Positions 1 through 19,079 of a stretch of 64,000 bases of DNA are shown one piece after another. The notes below the pieces were generated by a model that saw only the letters and a list, made by a program, of their open reading frames with translations, made no database searches and had not been told where the DNA came from. Source of the stretch: Myxococcota bacterium (GTDB taxonomy: Bacteria; Myxococcota_A; UBA796; UBA2385); assembly GCA_044344255.1 (NCBI GenBank), contig JBIJDH010000029.1, positions 1-64,000 on the forward strand, in the 5' to 3' direction. The translations under genes were made by a program, and so were the position numbers. Numbering within the stretch: position 1 is the first letter of the stretch; every line of letters starts with the position of its first letter.

Positions 1-73
1 CCGGCGTTCGGCCCTTCTTGACGAGCGAGACCAGGTGAGACCGGAACTCGGGGGTGTAGATCTTGCGTGGCAT
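1..73 (-). CDS. IS3-family transposase OrfA, N-terminus (partial)
   Basis: ATG at 73 gives MPRKIYTPEFRSHLVSLVKKGRTP..., matching the Y-x-P-E-F-R HTH start of IS3 OrfA proteins; not in the ORF track. Confidence 0.8.
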   Translation of the reverse strand, partial: MPRKIYTPEFRSHLVSLVKKGRTP

Positions 74-127
74 GCGGACATCCTCTCACGTTGATTTGAT
101 GGTGTCCACCAATTCGGGGCTACTCCA
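1..127 (-). mobile_element. IS3-family insertion sequence, left end (element continues beyond window start)
   Basis: Minus strand reads TGGAGTAGCCCCGAATTGGTGGACACC from 127 (5'-TG end, IS3-like terminal IR), then an RBS (GAGAGG) and an OrfA-like start. Confidence 0.8.
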
Positions 128-133
128 ATTCGT

Positions 134-421
134 ATGCAGGAGCTCATCACGGTGTTCGCCGCCGCCGCCGCCCAGCCTCCGGAGCAGGCCCCTGCAGTAG
201 GGTTCCATAGAGCCCTGACGATGCAAGCCCGCATGGCCCAGACTCCCGTAGGCGGGGGACCGGTGCCCCTGACGTCGGAGCACTCCCTGAGCCGGTCGGA
301 GGAGTCCTTCGAAGCCACGGACACTCCACCAATGCTGGCGGTCTTAATCGCCTCGGCCCTCAGCCAAGTACCATCGTTGTCGTGGGATTCGGAGGTCGAC
401 CTGTTTCCGGCTTCAATGTGA
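134..421 (+). CDS. hypothetical protein, possibly the 3' remnant of a gene interrupted by the IS3
   Basis: Frame is open from the IS boundary at 128; stop lies 9 bp before the next gene; no recognisable motif. Confidence 0.3.
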   Translation: MQELITVFAAAAAQPPEQAPAVGFHRALTMQARMAQTPVGGGPVPLTSEHSLSRSEESFEATDTPPMLAVLIASALSQVPSLSWDSEVDLFPASM

Positions 422-430
422 GGACATAGC

Positions 431-892
431 ATGAGATCCATTCGCTACATCACTATTTATGTCTTCGTTTTTCTCCTATTCGCTGCCTGCGGTGCAGAAC
501 GCGGGGGCACTCCCAAAGGAGAAATTGGTGACACTGGCGGAGCCGGTGACACTGGCGAAGAAGCATCGTGTGCGTACGGAAATCCCTATCTCACACTGGA
601 TGAGTATGTGGCCGATATGGTTGCGTTATACTGTTCAGTTGCGGTTCGGTGCCATACGGTATCATTAAGTTACGACGAATGCGTGGCGTCTGAAAGCACA
701 ACCAGATTCACAGAGGAACACTGCAAGTGGGAGGGGTCCTTCGGCTGCGAGGCGCGGGAGTGCATCGAAAAGTGGACCGAGCTCAATCACCAGCAGACGA
801 CTGAGGACCCCGACTGCATAGAAGGCGGCTTGATTCCTGGAGTATGCTTTCAAGTTGAACACGACATGGACTGCGACGAGCCGGACATGTAG
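431..892 (+). CDS. Cys-rich lipoprotein
   Basis: RBS GAGG; signal peptide with lipobox LFAAC; about 10 further Cys; visibly lower GC than neighbours. Confidence 0.75.
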   Translation: MRSIRYITIYVFVFLLFAACGAERGGTPKGEIGDTGGAGDTGEEASCAYGNPYLTLDEYVADMVALYCSVAVRCHTVSLSYDECVASESTTRFTEEHCKWEGSFGCEARECIEKWTELNHQQTTEDPDCIEGGLIPGVCFQVEHDMDCDEPDM

Positions 893-1090
893 TCCCACAC
901 AATGGCCGAATTCGTGGGCGTCTTAAATCCGGAGAAGGTTGGCGGGTTGGTGGGACATTCTACGGGTCAGTCGCCCCCCCCCCGTGGGCTTTCCATTGAA
1001 AGCATCGCCACCAGCGGTTCATCAAGCGGCATAATTCCCTGCTTCTGGTACTCTGTCGCGGGACCTTGACTGATTGAAAGTAGCATTTGA

Positions 1091-1248
1091 CCTCCCCCTC
1101 TCCCGCTGGGAGATGGTGCCCGTAGGGCGGGTGAGGGCGATCGGTGCTCGATGAGAATCCCGAAACCAAGGTGACCCTTTGGGAGCTGCGAGCGCCCCTC
1201 ATCCGTCGCCGATGCGGCGCCACCTTCTCCCGGAGGGAGAAGGGGAGG
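1091..1248. repeat. inverted pair of REP-like palindromic elements
   Basis: 1091-1137 (cctccccctctcccgctgggagatggtgcccgtagggcgggtgaggg) resembles the reverse complement of 1195-1248 (cccctcatccg...caccttctcccggagggagaaggggagg); each copy has an internal ctccc/gggag hairpin. Confidence 0.7.
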
Positions 1249-1500
1249 ACACCAGGTCTCAACCGAACAACACCATCCAGGTCGAGCACTCGTCACAATA
1301 ATATAGGTGAAATAGGCGCCTTCGACGATGTGACCGATCGAAAGCCCACGAGGGGGGAGGAGACGCAATTTGCAGGCTGGTGGAATACTCCATGGGCCTG
1401 GCACCCTTCCCCCCTCGGGGTGGTGGCCCGCCAGCCTTCGTGTTCTGTTGTCCCCTCCCCCGTCTTCACCGGGCCCAGGGCCCCTTCCCACGGAGAGGCC

Positions 1501-1977
1501 ATGAGCTCGACCCTCGCCGTCCGCACCTGCCTCTGGTTCACCCGCGGCGGCCTCGAGGCCGCGCAGCGCTACGTCGCGCTGCTGCCCAACAGCGCCATCG
1601 AGAGCCCCACCGGCGGCGATGGCGAGCCCCTGATCGTGCTGTTCCGGCTGAACGGGGCCCCCTTCTCCATCCTCAACGGCGGGCCGCACTACACGTTGAG
1701 CCCCGCGGCCTCGATCGTCGTGAGCACCCCCGACCAGGCCGAGACCGATCGCCTCTGGGCGGCGCTCTGCGAGGGCGGCACGCCGAGCCGCTGCGGCTGG
1801 CTGGTCGATCGTTTTGGTGTGTCGTGGCAGATCGTGCCCGAGGCGCTGCACCGGCTGCTGGGCGCCGAGGATCGGGCGGCGGCCGGGCGGGCGATGCAGG
1901 CGATGCTGAAGATGGGGAAGCTGGACGTGGCGGTGCTGGAGGCAGCATTCCAGGGAGCGACAGAGGGCGAAGCCTGA
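1501..1977 (+). CDS. VOC/PhnB-like (3-demethylubiquinone-9 3-methyltransferase family) protein
   Basis: CLWF, LNGGP, CGWLVDRFGVSWQIVP and AMLKMGKLD motifs; RBS GGAGAG before ATG 1501. Confidence 0.9.
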   Translation: MSSTLAVRTCLWFTRGGLEAAQRYVALLPNSAIESPTGGDGEPLIVLFRLNGAPFSILNGGPHYTLSPAASIVVSTPDQAETDRLWAALCEGGTPSRCGWLVDRFGVSWQIVPEALHRLLGAEDRAAAGRAMQAMLKMGKLDVAVLEAAFQGATEGEA

Positions 1978-1989
1978 GGGGGAGGGCGG

Positions 1990-2373
1990 ATGCAGATCTT
2001 CGTCACGGGTGGATCGGGTTTTGTCGGCGGCCACCTCATTCGGGCCCTCGTGGCGGCGGGGCATGGGGTCTCCGCTCACTCCCGCTCGCCGAAGTCGGCC
2101 GCTGCGGTCGCGGCCAAGGGCGCGCGGCCCGTCTCGGGAGAGCTCGGCGCCCACGGAGTGCCTCCGGGGAGTGGACTGTGTCATCCATGCCGCGGCCTAT
2201 GTGGAGGGCACCGAGGCGGCCCTCTTTGCGGGACAGGCGCTGATCGACATCGACGAGTCCGCGCCCTATCCCTCGACCCAGCGATGACCGTGCGCACAGA
2301 CCGGGCGAAGGCCGAGCTCGGTTACGCGCCGGTCATCACGGTGGAGGAAGGGATCGCCGCGATGCGGCGATAG
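1990..2373 (+). pseudogene. NAD-dependent epimerase/dehydratase pseudogene
   Basis: N-terminal IFVTGGSGFVG; the middle part (GVDCVIHAAAYV...IDESAPYP) is in another frame; the C-terminal KAELGYAPVITVEEG returns to the first frame; total length is far below the usual ~320 aa. Confidence 0.8.
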
Positions 2374-2416
2374 GCGCAGCCCCTCGGCCCCGAAGGCGAC
2401 GGCCGCGACCGCCTCC

Positions 2417-3544
2417 TCACGCCCCGTCCCCACCCTCGGCCGAGCCGCGGGAGAGCCACAGCACCCACTCGGCGTGCGGGCTCTGGGGGAAGCTGTCGAC
2501 CCCGGTGAGCCGCCGCGGCCGGTAGCCGGCCTCCCAGAGCGGCCCGAGGTCACCGACGAGGGCGGGGCCGTGGCAGGAGACGTAGAGGAGCTCCTCGGGG
2601 GCGAGGCGGAGGAGCTCGGGGAGGAAGGGCCCGAGGCCCGCGCGCGGCGGGTCGACCAGGGCCGCGGGGGCGGGCTCGGCGCGGCGGAGCACCCGCACCT
2701 TGTCGGTGAGGCCCGCCGCGGCGGCGCCCTGGGCGAGGCCGGCGATGGCGAGAGGGTCCACCTCGAGGGCCGCCACCCCCTCCGACACCGCGGCGAGGGG
2801 CAGCGTGAGGTTGCCGTTGCCCGCGCCGTACTCGAGCCAGCGCTGCGGCAGGCCGCGGGCCCGGAGGCGCTCGCCCACCGCCACCGCGAGGTCACGGATG
2901 AGGCCCACCAGCACGCGGTTCCCCGCGAGGCTCGGCTGGGAGAAGCCCCCCACCGGCCCGAAGAGGGGGGTGGGCCGCTCGGCGCTCAGCCAGGTCTCGA
3001 ACCAGGGGAGGAGCTCGGGGTTGCCGAGGCGCAGGGGCTCGCCGAGGACGAGGCGCTTGCGGCGCTGGCCGAGCTCGACCACCGCCCGCCCGGCCGCGCG
3101 CCGGAGCCAGGCGCCCTCGTCGAGGAGGGCCTTCGTGTCAAGGTTGGCGAGGTCGAGCCAGAGGCCCTGCGCGCCGCTCGGGGACACCCGCAGCCGCAGC
3201 CCGGCGCGAGCGACGGGCGGGAGATCGGCCCGCACCTGGTCAAACCAACCCGCCAGCGCGGGGCTCATCATCGGGCAGGCGCTGAGGTCGACGAGCTCGG
3301 CGCCGTCGAGCGACCAGAGGCCCAAGCGACCGCCCTCGAGCCGGAGATCGGCCCGGTCGCGCAGGCCGCCCTCGCCGAGGCTGTGGAGGCCCCCAGCGGA
3401 GACGGCGGCCTCGAGCGCGCCCCGGAGCGGGCCCACGGCCAGCGCGAGGAGCTGCGCGAGCTTGTCGGCCTGCTGCGCCCGGAGCGGCCGCCCGATCCAG
3501 GGGCAGCCGCCGCAGCGTTGACCGTGGGCGCAGTCGAGGCTCAT
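2417..3544 (-). CDS. TrmA/RlmD-family RNA m5U methyltransferase (Fe-S type, no TRAM domain)
   Basis: CAHGQRCGGC plus distal ACP Cys; FSQ, YGAGNG, VDPPRAG, YVSC and DSFPQSPHAE motifs. Confidence 0.9.
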   Translation of the reverse strand: MSLDCAHGQRCGGCPWIGRPLRAQQADKLAQLLALAVGPLRGALEAAVSAGGLHSLGEGGLRDRADLRLEGGRLGLWSLDGAELVDLSACPMMSPALAGWFDQVRADLPPVARAGLRLRVSPSGAQGLWLDLANLDTKALLDEGAWLRRAAGRAVVELGQRRKRLVLGEPLRLGNPELLPWFETWLSAERPTPLFGPVGGFSQPSLAGNRVLVGLIRDLAVAVGERLRARGLPQRWLEYGAGNGNLTLPLAAVSEGVAALEVDPLAIAGLAQGAAAAGLTDKVRVLRRAEPAPAALVDPPRAGLGPFLPELLRLAPEELLYVSCHGPALVGDLGPLWEAGYRPRRLTGVDSFPQSPHAEWVLWLSRGSAEGGDGA

Positions 3545-3550
3545 CCCGCG

Positions 3551-4276
3551 CTACTCGATGCCCGCTTCGCGGAAGGAGTGGGTCACGACGGCGTCCCACT
3601 GGGCGAGCAGCTTGGCGCGCATCACGCTCGCGATCGGCGCGGTGGCGAAGAGGCCGACGTAGCAGAGGATGGCGCCGAGGGGGGCGAGCATGTTCAGCAG
3701 GAACATGCCGAGCCAGGTCATGAAGTAGGCGCCGAAGTTCATCTTGATGGCCGTGAGCGTGCGGCCGATCGAGAAGATGGGGAAGCTCTCGCCGTTGTAG
3801 ATGCGGCGGGAGACGTCCATGCCGACGAGCCCGACGAGCAGCGAGCCGAGGATGATGATGCCGTAGCCGACGATCATCCCGAGCATCATCAGGAGGCCCC
3901 AGATCGGGCTCGGATCCTGACCGTCCACCGCCGAGCCGATCGCCGCCACGCCGACGCCGACGCCGCCCATGCAGCCGAAGCCCACGCCGAGGAAGAGCGA
4001 CATCGGCAGGAGCAGGTTGACGGCCACGAGGAGGGCGCGGAAGCCGGCGCCGATGTCTTCCCCGAGGGAGGGCGAGGGCATCTCAGCCTCCCCGTCGCGG
4101 GCCGCCGCGTAGACCCGCTTGTGGTAGCCGGCGAACTGGAAGGGGCCGACGAGCGGGATCAGGATGCAGACGCCGCTGATCAGGCACTTCTTGATCCACG
4201 CGGGATCGCTCGTCACGCTGGAGACCGCCGCTCCGATGTTGACGCTGGGCTTCGCAAGGTTCGACTCGTAGCTCAT
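3551..4276 (-). CDS. DUF4013-type membrane protein
   Basis: Start MSYES at 4276; DPAWIKKCLI...IPLVG...GY pattern; several TM helices. Confidence 0.75.
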   Translation of the reverse strand: MSYESNLAKPSVNIGAAVSSVTSDPAWIKKCLISGVCILIPLVGPFQFAGYHKRVYAAARDGEAEMPSPSLGEDIGAGFRALLVAVNLLLPMSLFLGVGFGCMGGVGVGVAAIGSAVDGQDPSPIWGLLMMLGMIVGYGIIILGSLLVGLVGMDVSRRIYNGESFPIFSIGRTLTAIKMNFGAYFMTWLGMFLLNMLAPLGAILCYVGLFATAPIASVMRAKLLAQWDAVVTHSFREAGIE

Positions 4277-4421
4277 GGGGGCCTCGTGGAGAGCCTGGAG
4301 CGTATTCAGTTCCCTCAACGTGCGGGAAAGACACAAGGCGATCCCTACACAAATGACACCGGGCAGCCCAATGGTCCCCGGCGGCTCCCCTGTCCCCCCT
4401 CGCCGCGATAGCTCCGCCCCC

Positions 4422-6518
4422 ATGCAGATCCGCGCGCTGGCCGAGCGCATCCTCTTCGGCGCCGACATCGACGAGGACAAGCTCTTCGCCCCCGACACAG
4501 TGGAGGACGACGCGCCCGGCGGCCCCATCGCGCTGCCGCCCGGCCCGGCCCGCCCGCGCGGGCTGCGCTTCGAAGACCGCCCCGACCGCCGCTTTGACCT
4601 CCCCGGCCCCAAGGCCCTCGAGGAGGACGCGCTCCGTGGGCGGCTGCTGCACGCCTTCGCCAACCACGAGCTGCTCGCGATGGAGCTCATGGCCCTGATG
4701 CTGCTCCGCTTCCCCGAGGCCCCCGCCCCCTTCCGGCGAGGCCTCGTGCGGATCATCGGCGAGGAGCAGGCCCACCTCCGCCTCTACCGCGGGCGCATGG
4801 AGGCCCTCGGCGTGGGCCTCGGCGAGGTGCCGGTCAACGACTTCTTCTGGCGCGTGCTGGCCCCCGCGGCGACCCCGATGGACTTCGTCGTCGGCATGTC
4901 GCTCGTGCTCGAGCAGGCCAACCTCGACTTCGCGCTCCATTATGGCCGGCTGTTCCGCCAGATCGGCGACGCGCCGACCGCGGACGTGATGGACCAGGTG
5001 CACCAGGACGAGGTCGGCCACGTCAAGCACGGCCTGCACTGGTTCCGCCGCTGGAAGGACCCCGCGGAGTCGGACTGGGAGGCCTTTGACCGCCGCCTCC
5101 GCCTGCCGCTCAGCCCGGCGCGGGCCAAGGGGGAGGGCTTTGACCGCGCGGTGCGCGAGGAGATCGGCTTCGACGCTGACTTCATCGACCGCCTCGCCGT
5201 CTTCGGGCGCTCTCGCGGGCGGCCCCCCACCGTCTTCCTGTTCAACCCCGCTTGCGAGGCGGAGATCTGCCACACCGAGCGTGGGCACGGCCCGCAGAGC
5301 TTCACCCCCGCCCTCCCGGTGGCCACGCTCGCCCGCGACCTCGCCACCCTGCCGATGGCCTTCGCCGCCGAGGGCGACGTGGTGCTGGTGCCCGAGGAGC
5401 CCGATCCCGCCTTCCTCTCCACCCTCTCGGCCGCCGGCTTCACCCTGCCCGAGTGGGTGAGCCCCGCCGGGCTGGCCGGGCTCGCGGAACGGAAGCTCGG
5501 GCGGCTCGAGCCCTGGGGCTGGAGCCCGGTCGTCTCCCAACAGCTCGCCCCCCTCTCGCCGCAGGTGAGCCACGGGCGACGCGGCTGGGAGCCCGCCTGG
5601 GCCGAGCTGGCCGCCAAGACCTGGAGCGTGGCCGAGCGGCCCGCCCTCGTCGCCGCCCTCGACGATCCACGGGTGGTCGATGTCCCCGCCCGCGTCTGCC
5701 GCAGCGCCGAAGAGGCCGCCGCTGCCGTGGAGGCGCTGCTCCCGCTCACCGGGCAGGTGGTGATGAAGTCCCGCCTCGGCAGCAGCGGCCAGGGCGCGCT
5801 GCGGGTCGAGGCCCCCCTCCAGGCGAAGGAGCGGGCCTGGCTCGCCCACACCCTGCCCGTCCAAGGGGCCGTGGTGGTCGAGCCCTGGCTGGACCGCCGC
5901 CTCGACCTCTCCTTCCACTTTGACCTCGAGCCCGGCGGTCATGCCCGCTGGCGGGGTGCGCTCCGCTTCGAGGCCGACCGCCGCGGCCAGTTCACGGGCC
6001 TCCACCTCGGCCTCTGGAACGAGGGCCTCGACGCCGCGCTGGTGCGCTTCCTCCACGAGGGCGACCGCCGCTGGCTCAGCCGCGTCGGCCAGCGCGTGAT
6101 GCGGCACCTCGCCCCCCGCCTCGCCGCCGCCGGCCACAGCGGGCCGGTCGGCGTCGACGCGCTCGTCTTCCAGGGCCCGGACGGGCTCCGCCTCCACCCC
6201 TTCGTCGAGCTCAACCCGCGCTTCACGATGGGGCGGCTCGGCCTGCACCTCCAGGCCCACCTCGCCCCCGGGAGGGTCGGCCGCTGGCGCATCGTGCCCC
6301 TCCAGCAGGTCGAGCGGGAGGGCTACGCCGGCTTCGTCGACTGGGCGGCGGCGCAGCGGCTCCGGGCCCCCCTCCGCATGAAGGACGGCCACATCGAGGA
6401 GGGCGCCCTCCTCACCACCGATCCGGCGCGCGCCCGCCGCTTCGCCACCCTGCTCGAGGTCAGCCGCCCGCAGGGTCCGGCGTATGGGCCGGCGCAGGCG
6501 CCCGAAGCCGAGCCCTGA
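4422..6518 (+). CDS. ferritin-like DUF455 domain fused to ATP-grasp-like domain
   Basis: N-half di-iron motifs ANHELLA, EEQAH, LEQANLD, DEVGH; C-half VVMKSRLGSSG, VVEPW, GVDALV, ELNPRFTMG. Confidence 0.8.
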   Translation: MQIRALAERILFGADIDEDKLFAPDTVEDDAPGGPIALPPGPARPRGLRFEDRPDRRFDLPGPKALEEDALRGRLLHAFANHELLAMELMALMLLRFPEAPAPFRRGLVRIIGEEQAHLRLYRGRMEALGVGLGEVPVNDFFWRVLAPAATPMDFVVGMSLVLEQANLDFALHYGRLFRQIGDAPTADVMDQVHQDEVGHVKHGLHWFRRWKDPAESDWEAFDRRLRLPLSPARAKGEGFDRAVREEIGFDADFIDRLAVFGRSRGRPPTVFLFNPACEAEICHTERGHGPQSFTPALPVATLARDLATLPMAFAAEGDVVLVPEEPDPAFLSTLSAAGFTLPEWVSPAGLAGLAERKLGRLEPWGWSPVVSQQLAPLSPQVSHGRRGWEPAWAELAAKTWSVAERPALVAALDDPRVVDVPARVCRSAEEAAAAVEALLPLTGQVVMKSRLGSSGQGALRVEAPLQAKERAWLAHTLPVQGAVVVEPWLDRRLDLSFHFDLEPGGHARWRGALRFEADRRGQFTGLHLGLWNEGLDAALVRFLHEGDRRWLSRVGQRVMRHLAPRLAAAGHSGPVGVDALVFQGPDGLRLHPFVELNPRFTMGRLGLHLQAHLAPGRVGRWRIVPLQQVEREGYAGFVDWAAAQRLRAPLRMKDGHIEEGALLTTDPARARRFATLLEVSRPQGPAYGPAQAPEAEP

Positions 6519-7206
6519 CCCGCTCCACCTCGGCCGGGGTCCAGGCGCCCACGGGGCTCACGTAGACGCGGCGGGGGGAGGACGGCGCCTCGAGGTGCTC
6601 GACGGACTGGGCCTCTCCGACGAGGCAGGGCCGCCGCAGCGCCGCCGCCGGGGAGCGGTTGGGCGTCTGGAAGGCGACCGCCTCTTGGATGGGCAAGCCC
6701 TCGATCCAGGGGTCGACGCAGTCCGGTCGGTCCACCGCGAGCGCGAGGTCGATCGGCAGCCGCTCCACCAGCTCGCGGAGCAGCGACCCCAGCCAGTCCT
6801 TGGAGAGGCGGGTGGTGGGGTCGATGCGCAGCCGGTGCACCCCCGGCAGCCGGGAGCGCGAGAGGAGGGCGTCGACGAGGGCCCCCCGCGGCGGCTCGCC
6901 CTCGACGGCGAGGCGGAGGATCAAGACCTGATCGGCCTCGGGGTCGAGCTCCACCGGGGACTGGCGGGGCGAGAAGGAGACGGCGCCGCTCGGGTCGACG
7001 GAGAGCTCCCCGCCCACGACGGCCACCTCGGTCCAGTCCGGCAGCTCGGGGAGCGCGGTGGGCACGTCCTCGACGACGAGCACGACCGTGTTCCAGCTCC
7101 CGACCTGCAGGCAGCCGACCAGGGCCAACGGTCCGAAGACCGCCGCCGCGAGGGAGGGCCACCCGAGGCGCCGCGGCGAGGCGGATGCGCGCGCGGCGAG
7201 GATCAT
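6460..7206 (-). CDS. membrane-anchored hypothetical protein, degenerate DUF3142-like
   Basis: N-terminal hydrophobic segment; FSPRQSPV, LRID, LLRELVERLP, WIEGLPIQEAV and RRVYV..AWT segments follow the DUF3142 pattern as I recall it, but the DFD motif is absent. Confidence 0.5.
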   Translation of the reverse strand: MILAARASASPRRLGWPSLAAAVFGPLALVGCLQVGSWNTVVLVVEDVPTALPELPDWTEVAVVGGELSVDPSGAVSFSPRQSPVELDPEADQVLILRLAVEGEPPRGALVDALLSRSRLPGVHRLRIDPTTRLSKDWLGSLLRELVERLPIDLALAVDRPDCVDPWIEGLPIQEAVAFQTPNRSPAAALRRPCLVGEAQSVEHLEAPSSPRRVYVSPVGAWTPAEVERVRARLRAPAPAHTPDPAGG

Positions 7207-7215
7207 CGGCGGGGC

Positions 7216-7848
7216 CTAATCCGTGTCCCCGTCGACCGACTCCGGCAGGTCAAAGTCGGCCCGCTCGCCGGGGGGCGGCAGCACCTTGGAGAGGAAGAGC
7301 CGGCGGTCGGTCGAGGTGTGGCCGTCCATTCGCCGCGCGGGGACCTCCATGTACACGCCCATGTCGTCGAAGCCGAGGTGCATGTACATCTCGTAAGAGG
7401 CGTTGCGGATCGCGCTCGTGCGCAGCACGACGTGGCGGTACCGGCTGCGGTCGATGTGCCGCAGGCGGAGCTGGACGAGCTGCCTCCCGAGGCCGCTGCC
7501 GCGCGCGCTGTCGAGCACGCCGAGGTCGGCGAGGTAGAAGGTCTCGCGGATCGGCAGGAGTCCGCGAAGCTCCCGCACGACGTCGGGGCGGGAGGCCAGC
7601 GGCAGCCCCACCCCGAAGCCCACCACCCGCGCCCGGCCGGTCACGGCGATGAGCGTCAGGTTCTCGGGGGTCTGGAGGTACTGCTGGAGCACCCCCTCGG
7701 CCTCGGCCGGGAAGAAGCGCTCGTTGTAGGGCGGCTCCGAGAAGATGTCCTGATAGGCCCCCGCGAAGGAGGCCCGGTAGACGATGGCCTCCTCGGGGCG
7801 ATTGATGCGGACGATGCGGGTGCCATCGGGGCGTTCAGCGACGATCAC
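7216..7848 (-). CDS. GNAT-family N-acetyltransferase
   Basis: YLADLGV...RGSGLGRQL acetyl-CoA motif; N..Y..LGF motif B. Confidence 0.85.
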   Translation of the reverse strand: MIVAERPDGTRIVRINRPEEAIVYRASFAGAYQDIFSEPPYNERFFPAEAEGVLQQYLQTPENLTLIAVTGRARVVGFGVGLPLASRPDVVRELRGLLPIRETFYLADLGVLDSARGSGLGRQLVQLRLRHIDRSRYRHVVLRTSAIRNASYEMYMHLGFDDMGVYMEVPARRMDGHTSTDRRLFLSKVLPPPGERADFDLPESVDGDTD

Positions 7849-7865
7849 GGGGGCGTCCTTGACGT

Positions 7866-17918
<10,053 letters not shown>

Positions 17919-18056
17919 GGGCAGAGCTCTCCGATCCCTCTGGGTAAACCACTTAGGGTGCCCTGGCCAGCCGGCCGCCGCGCGGACCGAGCCCCTTCCA
18001 TCGGAGGGGGGCGGCGTATTAAGGTGGGGCCACAACCTGCGGCGCCGAGGCTGCCT

Positions 18057-19049
18057 TTGACGAACGAACCTGAATCTGGCGAAGTGGAATCCGGGGACTG
18101 GGAGTCTGCTGACGACGACCTCGAGCCCTCCGGCGGCGGATCACGGCGCATCTCCCTCTCGATTCCGGCCGTCATCGCCGCCCTCGGCTTCGGCCTGCTC
18201 GGCGGTGTGGTGCTCGGCTACGCGGTCAAGGCCTTCACGACCGAGCCGGTGGTCGTCATTCCGCCCGCGCAGGTCATCAAGGAGGGGCTCTCCGCCGAGG
18301 ACATGGCTCTCCTCTGTGTAGACCAGGTCGAGCCGGAGACCGAGAAGGCCCGTAAGGCCCAGCAGCGGGTGATGGACCTCGAGAAGGAGCTCACCGAGAA
18401 GGAGGCCGCCCTCGCCGCCGAGATGGCCCAAGACCAGAAAGACGAGGTCAAGCGGAAGGCCGCCGCCAAGAAGTGGAAGGCGATGGAGGCCGACATCGCC
18501 AACCTCCGCGTGCAGCTCGCCAGCGCCGAGCGGCAGCGCGACGAGATCAAGGTCAAGCTCGAGCGCACCGTGCGTGACCTTCGTGTTCAGATCAAGGAGA
18601 CCAAGAAGTACCAGGAGGCGGCGAAGGAGTACAAAGGCGAGTCCGAAGAGAACCTCTGGGCGGCCTTCAACGCCAACGCCAAGGTCGAGATCTGTGACCG
18701 CGGCACCCGGAAGCGCCACGAAAAGTGCCACGAGGCGGTCGACACCGCCATCGCCGGCTACCACGGCCGCTTCAAGGAGTGTGTCGGCGACTTCCAGGCC
18801 GTGCCGGTCTTGAAGCAGCTCGCCAAGAAGGAGCCGCAGCCCGAATTCTCCGAGAAGCTGCCCGAGGACAACAAGTTCACCCGCAGCGACTGGGTGATCA
18901 TCTTCTGCGATCCGAGCCTGCCGCAGTCCCCCGGCAACGCCCAGGATGACGTCGATCTCGACAAGGCCATCGTCGAGCCCGACTCCATCCGCGACGCCGA
19001 AGAGACCCTCAACGCCACGCCCGAGCCCACCGGCGAAGAAGAGCCCTGA
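18057..19049 (+). CDS. single-TM coiled-coil hypothetical protein with Cys-containing C-terminal domain
   Basis: TTG start after GAGG; TM segment, then long K/E-rich heptads; typical codon usage. Confidence 0.75.
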   Translation: MTNEPESGEVESGDWESADDDLEPSGGGSRRISLSIPAVIAALGFGLLGGVVLGYAVKAFTTEPVVVIPPAQVIKEGLSAEDMALLCVDQVEPETEKARKAQQRVMDLEKELTEKEAALAAEMAQDQKDEVKRKAAAKKWKAMEADIANLRVQLASAERQRDEIKVKLERTVRDLRVQIKETKKYQEAAKEYKGESEENLWAAFNANAKVEICDRGTRKRHEKCHEAVDTAIAGYHGRFKECVGDFQAVPVLKQLAKKEPQPEFSEKLPEDNKFTRSDWVIIFCDPSLPQSPGNAQDDVDLDKAIVEPDSIRDAEETLNATPEPTGEEEP

Positions 19050-19079
19050 GCCAGCCTCCTCCGCGGCGGCGCCCGGGGC

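Noticed and set aside
1144..1500. N-terminal extension of the VOC protein in the ORF track
   Set aside because: It runs through a palindromic repeat and promoter-like DNA; the RBS and family start point to ATG 1501.
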